The notes beneath the pieces were generated by a model. The model made no database searches. It was given only the letters and a program-made list of their open reading frames with translations, and had not been told where the DNA came from. From Bacteroidales bacterium (GTDB taxonomy: Bacteria; Bacteroidota; Bacteroidia; Bacteroidales; UBA932), in NCBI GenBank assembly GCA_017429475.1, contig JAFROX010000006.1:126008-190007 (forward strand): a stretch of DNA of 64,000 nt, written 5' to 3'. How positions within the stretch are numbered: the first letter of the stretch is position 1; every line of letters begins with the position of its first letter. Shown one piece after another: positions 60,501 to 64,000 of the stretch. Position numbers and translations under genes: made by a program.

Positions 60501-61322
60501 CAGGCATCTTATGCGACCCCTCTGAACTTCAACTGCTTCTCAGACGAGAACAAGGCCAAGGCCGAAGCCTGGCTTGCGCAGCTAGCTGCCGATCCCAATG
60601 CCAGCGGCCCGACTCCTGCTGAAGTCGAAGCTGAGAGAAACCTCACTGGTCCGGCATCGCAGAATATGAATCCCGGCGGAACATCAGTAAGCTCTTACAA
60701 GCCCTGGACTATCACTACCGGCTTCTCAGGTACTCCCAACATACTGCCTGCGCTTACACGCGGTGGCTATGTGGAAGAAGCCTTCAGGATGATAACCTGC
60801 ACCGACTTCGCGTCGTGGCTCTATCCCGTGACTGAAGGTGCCACCTCGGTGTGGGAACGCTGGAACTCCTATGACAACGCTTTCTCCGACCCTTCATCCA
60901 ACTCGATGAACTCGTTCAACCATTTCGCACTGGGTGCAGTGGGGCAGTGGATGTATGAGTACCAGCTCGGAATAACTTCGGATCACGGCCGAGGAGAGGC
61001 AGGTTATCAGCACTTCGTGCTCCAGCCGAATGCCGCCGGCATCTATACTTCCCTGGAAGGAAGTTACGAATCTAACTACGGCACGATCAAGAGTGCCTGG
61101 AAGGCTGACAAAGGGCGGATGACCTCATACCGCTGCACGGTGCCTGCGAACACAGCTGCCACTGTTTATCTGCCGGTCGGCGATTCAGTCACTTCCGCGA
61201 CCGGTTGCGAGGGTGTTGTTTTCAAAGGCTTCACCACCCGCAACGGCCAGCGTGCCGCAAGTTTCGAAGTGGTTTCCGGCAGCTATGAATTTACAATCGG
61301 CAGCGCGGTGACCGTGAAATAA
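57594..61322 (+). CDS. Alpha-L-rhamnosidase (GH78) with additional N-terminal/inserted domains
   Basis: 1242 aa. The N-terminal rhamnosidase domain has ITDFRV-type start IKDFRVQH...PVFSWRM. The six-hairpin catalytic domain has FFTIPTDCPQRNERMGWTGDAQ, TSVWERWNSY and HFALGAVGQWMYE. Confidence 0.85.
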   Translation: MKRISFGIALLVLICQTAFAATTIKDFRVQHSDRPLSVEDRHPVFSWRMESDVRGQKQTAYQLSVVRDVDGSELWNTGRVESASSVDIPYQGVALQAEKSYSVKLTVWDRDGKSYDVSTSFETGIMNPRISAWNGADWVGVRQLKLDAASQALFEIESDFRLVKGDVASFILGADDIRLKNSFLNDFGVQSAESYIKVDVDFAKQEIRLFRVGYYKEDKADVPFVTISKTAYPQGNLEEVFSARGKSDVHHLKITVEASNINFSLDGKDVMSNPPRNRGFGGGGGGFSVGMTGGARSSASNFTIGKLGSGGNYPSFPNLNSVGFAAAPGSEVVYSDYRILNTGQSDDRVVFDATHGPGYALFEGKPGVTVRGGNITVVNSGTRELRFWADPSYGAETMLRTEFTLGDKPVKQARLYASAMGVYTLFLNGQRVGEDWFAPGDSQYRETITYQTYDVTGLLKSGRNAMGAELASGWYTGYMTFTPGNFNFFGDYEALLSRLVVTYEDGTKDIFVSNPDDWKAFKDGPVRNGSFFQGERYDASKAVEGWTLAGFDDSTWLDAERIEKRDWIDFDIVARYDEVVRLREVLTAGAVMPVHSADGHTYIYNMGVNMVGVPSITIPEGWLKAGDKVTIAYGEQVYPGLKGDKKEYVARFGKKGRDVAGHILFETNRAAMDMDMYIADGSSAVTIQPSATYRGYQYVQVTLPSHVGPLPLENVKGLVLSSSEIPTGRYFATTSDGRTGNLVNQLFKNIQRSQLGNFFTIPTDCPQRNERMGWTGDAQAYTRTGIYNANTQNFYRQWMVALRADQGVGNDREVPGGIGSTVPTYNRTDDPSFATGTTWSAAVCQVPWQMYIQYGDKQIIRENLETMMDWLNGMAFYKTSDEYPYLSSKAAGLADWLALDNRTPSDLVNNAIYIYMMEVTAIMADAIGRDDYAAILRDRHDKAKADWNRAYVNPVTGKTRGLNGHTVHTQASYATPLNFNCFSDENKAKAEAWLAQLAADPNASGPTPAEVEAERNLTGPASQNMNPGGTSVSSYKPWTITTGFSGTPNILPALTRGGYVEEAFRMITCTDFASWLYPVTEGATSVWERWNSYDNAFSDPSSNSMNSFNHFALGAVGQWMYEYQLGITSDHGRGEAGYQHFVLQPNAAGIYTSLEGSYESNYGTIKSAWKADKGRMTSYRCTVPANTAATVYLPVGDSVTSATGCEGVVFKGFTTRNGQRAASFEVVSGSYEFTIGSAVTVK

Positions 61323-61337
61323 ATCCGATGTTGAAAT

Positions 61338-61372
61338 AAAAAAGGGAGCCTTCCGGGCTCCCTTTTTTTTTT
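61338..61372. terminator. Bidirectional intrinsic terminator between the convergent GH78 and CoA-transferase genes
   Basis: AAAAAA-GGGAGCC-TTCCG-GGCTCCC-TTTTTTTTTT: a GC-rich 7-bp stem with an A-run on one side and a 10-T run on the other. Confidence 0.88.
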
Positions 61373-61389
61373 GTCTGCGCTCAATCTGA

Positions 61390-62697
61390 TTATTCAGCGG
61401 GAACGAAGTGGTAGTGAGGGCCGAAGCGCTCGAAAGCGGCGCGGTCGAGCTCCTCGCGGTGGTCGGGATGCGCGATGCTGATGATGGCTTTCGCACGCTC
61501 CTGGAGGCTCTTACCGTAGAGGTCAACTGCACCGAATTCGGTAACCAGCCAGTGCATATGGTTGCGGGTGGTCACAACGCCTGCGCCTGTGGTGAGAACG
61601 GGAGCGATCTTGCTGATGCCCTTGTTGGTCACTGAAGGCATAGCGATAATGGCCTTGCCGCCTTCGCTGAGGCTTGCGCCGTAGGTGAAGTCGATCTGGC
61701 CGCCGACACCGCTGTAGAACTTGGTGCCGAGGCTGTCAGCGCACACCTGGCCGGTGATGTCCACCTGGAGTGCAGAGTTGATGGCGGTCACCTTCGGGTT
61801 CTTTGCGATGATGTAAGGATCGTTGGTGTATCCCACGTCCATCATTGCAACCATCGGGTTGTCGTCGATGAAGTCATAGACTTCCTGGCTACCCATAAGG
61901 AAGGTGGAAACCATCTTGCCTTTGTCAATCTTCTTGGCAGCACCGTTGATGACGCCTTTCTCCACGAGAGGAAGCACGCCGTCGGCGAACATCTCGGTGT
62001 GGATACCGAGGTTCTTGTGGTTGCCGAGCTGTGCGAGCACTGCGTTCGGAATGGCACCGATACCCATCTGCAGGCAGGCACCGTCCTCGATGAGGTTGGC
62101 GCAGTTGATGCCGATCTTGGTCTCGGTCTCGTTCGGAGCAGTGAAGGTGGCGGGCTCCAGGGGAGTGTTGTCCTCCACGAAGAGGTCGATCTTGTCAAGA
62201 GGGATGATGGCCTCGCCCCAGCTGCGCGGAACGTGCTTGTTGATGACTGCGATGACGGTCTTCGCGCACTCGATGGCTGCAAGGGTTGCGTCGACTGATG
62301 TTCCCAGTGATACGAAACCGTGCTTGTCTGGAGGGCAGACCTGGATCATTGCCACGTCGCAGGGGAGGACGCCGGCCCTGTAGAGCTTCTGGGTTTCGCT
62401 GAGGAAGATGGGAATGTAGTCGGCATATCCGGCCTGGACGTTCTTGCGGACGTTGCCGCCTACGAAGAAGGCTTGGTGGAAGAAGATGCCTTCATACTTC
62501 GCGTCAGTGTAGGGAGCGGGTCCCTCAGTGTGAAGGTGGTGGATGAAGACGTTCTTCAGTTCTCCTGCGTCGCCGCGGCGGCAAAGGGCCTGGATGAGCA
62601 CCTGGGGTGCGCTTGCTACGCTGCTGAAATGGATGTGGTCGCCACTCTTGACAACCTTCACGGCTTCATCAGCGCTTATGAATTTGATATTTTTCAT
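61390..62697 (-). CDS. Acetyl-CoA hydrolase/transferase family protein (4-hydroxybutyrate/butyryl-CoA:acetate CoA-transferase-like)
   Basis: I prefer the ATG at 62697 (MKNIKFISADEAVKVVKSGDHIHFSS). Motifs: MGIGAIPNAVL, HTEMF, and GQVCADSLGTKFYSGVGGQIDF, where SGVGGQ.DF is the family catalytic-Glu region. About 435 aa. Confidence 0.8.
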   Translation of the reverse strand: MKNIKFISADEAVKVVKSGDHIHFSSVASAPQVLIQALCRRGDAGELKNVFIHHLHTEGPAPYTDAKYEGIFFHQAFFVGGNVRKNVQAGYADYIPIFLSETQKLYRAGVLPCDVAMIQVCPPDKHGFVSLGTSVDATLAAIECAKTVIAVINKHVPRSWGEAIIPLDKIDLFVEDNTPLEPATFTAPNETETKIGINCANLIEDGACLQMGIGAIPNAVLAQLGNHKNLGIHTEMFADGVLPLVEKGVINGAAKKIDKGKMVSTFLMGSQEVYDFIDDNPMVAMMDVGYTNDPYIIAKNPKVTAINSALQVDITGQVCADSLGTKFYSGVGGQIDFTYGASLSEGGKAIIAMPSVTNKGISKIAPVLTTGAGVVTTRNHMHWLVTEFGAVDLYGKSLQERAKAIISIAHPDHREELDRAAFERFGPHYHFVPAE

Positions 62698-62758
62698 TAT
62701 TGTTTTGTTGTTGATAATATGCGTATAACAATCGAACAAAGATATGAAATATAATTGA

Positions 62759-62766
62759 TAACTTTG
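62759..62766 (+). promoter_or_regulatory. Candidate -7 promoter box (TAACTTTG) for mazG
   Basis: Exact TAnnTTTG match 21 nt upstream of the ATG at 62787. Confidence 0.3.
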
Positions 62767-62786
62767 CCGCAAATAATAATACTGAT

Positions 62787-63590
62787 ATGAACAGCCGCGA
62801 AGAACAACTTAAAGCCTTCAACCGCCTTCTGGACGTAATGGACGACCTGAGGGAAAAATGCCCCTGGGACCGCAAGCAGACCAACGAGAGCCTGCGCCCC
62901 AACACCATCGAAGAAGTCTATGAACTCAGCGATACAATCCTTCGCGGCGACACTCACAATATGGCCAAGGAACTGGGTGACGTGCTTCTGCACGTGGTGT
63001 TCTACGCCAAGATCGGCTCTGAGACCGGCGACTTCGACATCGCAGACGTGTGCAACAAGCTTTGCGACAAACTCATCTACCGCCATCCCCACGTTTATGG
63101 CGACGTCGCAGCCGAGACCGCAGGCCAGGTGGTGAAGAACTGGGAACAGCTCAAACAGACCGAGAAGGACGGCAACAAGACCGTGCTCGGCGGCGTCCCC
63201 GAGACTCTTCCTCCGCTACTGAAAGCCTACCGTATGCAGGACAAGGCCCGCGCCGTGGGCTTCGACTGGGAGAACAAGGAAGACGTATGGGACAAGGTGA
63301 CGGAAGAGATCGCCGAGTTCCGCACCGAACTGATGTTTATGGACGAGGAAGGTGGTGACAAGGCAAAAGCCCAGAACGAGCTCGGAGACCTGCTGTTCTC
63401 AATGGTGAACGCTTCACGTCTCTATGACCTAAATCCTGACACCGCGCTTGAGACCACCTGCCGCAAATTCCGCAACCGTTTCAACTATGTCGAAGCAGAG
63501 GCGGCAAAGCAGGGCAAGAAACTCAAGGATATGACCCTCGGCGAAATGGACGAGCTCTGGGAAGAAGCAAAGGCAAAAGGCATCAAATGA
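62787..63590 (+). CDS. mazG: Nucleoside triphosphate pyrophosphohydrolase MazG
   Basis: Tandem MazG domains: LREKCPWDRKQT..SL....IEE.YE, ELGDVLLHVVFYA, HPHVYGD, and a second EELGDLLF repeat. Confidence 0.88.
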   Translation: MNSREEQLKAFNRLLDVMDDLREKCPWDRKQTNESLRPNTIEEVYELSDTILRGDTHNMAKELGDVLLHVVFYAKIGSETGDFDIADVCNKLCDKLIYRHPHVYGDVAAETAGQVVKNWEQLKQTEKDGNKTVLGGVPETLPPLLKAYRMQDKARAVGFDWENKEDVWDKVTEEIAEFRTELMFMDEEGGDKAKAQNELGDLLFSMVNASRLYDLNPDTALETTCRKFRNRFNYVEAEAAKQGKKLKDMTLGEMDELWEEAKAKGIK

Positions 63591-64000
63591 GTTTTCCCTG
63601 GCAGGAACGGACCCTCCTTCTGATGGGAGAGGAAAAGCTTGGCAAGCTTGCCTCGTCCGTCGTGGCCGTGATAGGTCTCGGCGGGGTGGGAGCCTATGCA
63701 GCCGAGATGCTGGCAAGGGCCGGAGTAGGGCGGATGATCCTGCTCGACAGCGACAGCGTGAGCGAAAGCAACAAGAACCGCCAGCTGCTCGCACTCGACA
63801 GCAATATTGGCCGCAAGAAGGTCGAGGTGATGGCAGAACGCCTGAAGGACATCAACCCTTCGCTGGAGCTGACCCTGATCGACGAGTACCTCACGTCCGA
63901 CAATGTGGCGGACCTGCTGGGCCCTTTCAAGCTGGACTATCTGGTGGATGCCATCGACACCCTTTCTCCGAAACTCTCGTTGATACAGTACTGCGTGAAT
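63587..64000 (+). CDS. tcdA: 5' part of tRNA threonylcarbamoyladenosine dehydratase TcdA (ThiF/MoeB/HesA family); runs off the right edge
   Basis: The ATG overlaps the mazG stop (ATGA, 63587-63590). The frame is open to the window end. RTLLLMGEEKLGKLASSVVAVIGLGGVGAYAAEMLARAGVGRMILLDSDSVSESNKNRQ is the E1-like Rossmann motif in the CsdL/TcdA context. Confidence 0.75.
   Translation, partial: MSFPWQERTLLLMGEEKLGKLASSVVAVIGLGGVGAYAAEMLARAGVGRMILLDSDSVSESNKNRQLLALDSNIGRKKVEVMAERLKDINPSLELTLIDEYLTSDNVADLLGPFKLDYLVDAIDTLSPKLSLIQYCVN

Overview
This 64-kb chromosomal window looks like a fairly GC-rich Bacteroidales (Bacteroidota) genome. The taxon call is an inference from lipoprotein-type signal peptides, TAnnTTTG -7 promoter boxes, no obvious Shine-Dalgarno use and typical family content. 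All family calls come from motifs I recognise in the translated ORFs; no search was run. I support about 50 CDS, one tRNA-Asp, four intrinsic terminators, a 5-copy intergenic hairpin repeat family and a shared TGTAAAG motif.

Layout, left to right:
- 1-4155: housekeeping genes (nrnA 5' end, rsmD, tRNA-Asp) and a type-B carboxylesterase.
- 4159-18075: a 14-kb block entirely on the minus strand. It holds an ECF sigma, an anti-sigma/OM-barrel fusion and serpin 2, then a terminator. After that come serpin 1, a small alarmone synthetase, an HD alarmone hydrolase and an APH-fold kinase. These are followed by a Cache-PP2C phosphatase fused to an RsbW-like kinase, a STAS protein, a K+/H+ antiporter, a YhfC protease and a DUF1593/SdiA-regulated lipoprotein.
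- 18238-38266: a sigma-54-type response regulator and a sensor-less histidine kinase, followed by TolC, a MacA-type adaptor, a single ABC ATPase and six tandem double-FtsX (MacB-type) permeases punctuated by conserved hairpins.
- 38344-40140: an AT-richer islet with a lipocalin-like lipoprotein and a RayT/IS200-like HUH protein with structured flanks.
- 40205-46930: BlaI, an M56 BlaR1-TonB_C fusion, an OM barrel, and an orphan Cache-HAMP-PP2C.
- 46974-52714: five translationally coupled genes (SDR, PCMD-like, SRD5A-type steroid 5-alpha-reductase, OYE flavin reductase, SDR). This matches the gut-Bacteroidota bile-acid A-ring (isoallo-LCA type) cluster. A convergent aldo/keto reductase with Fe-S motifs follows.
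- 52766-64000: pgeF, yccF, a GH109-NahK-GH43-GH78 glycan block, a CoA-transferase, mazG and the tcdA 5' end.

The best candidates for undescribed biology are:
- the one-ATPase/six-permease efflux array with its hairpin cassette junctions and TGTAAAG sites;
- the sigma-factor-less partner switch coupled to an antiporter;
- the alarmone synthetase/hydrolase/kinase trio just upstream of it.

No CRISPR array, integrase or prophage genes were seen.
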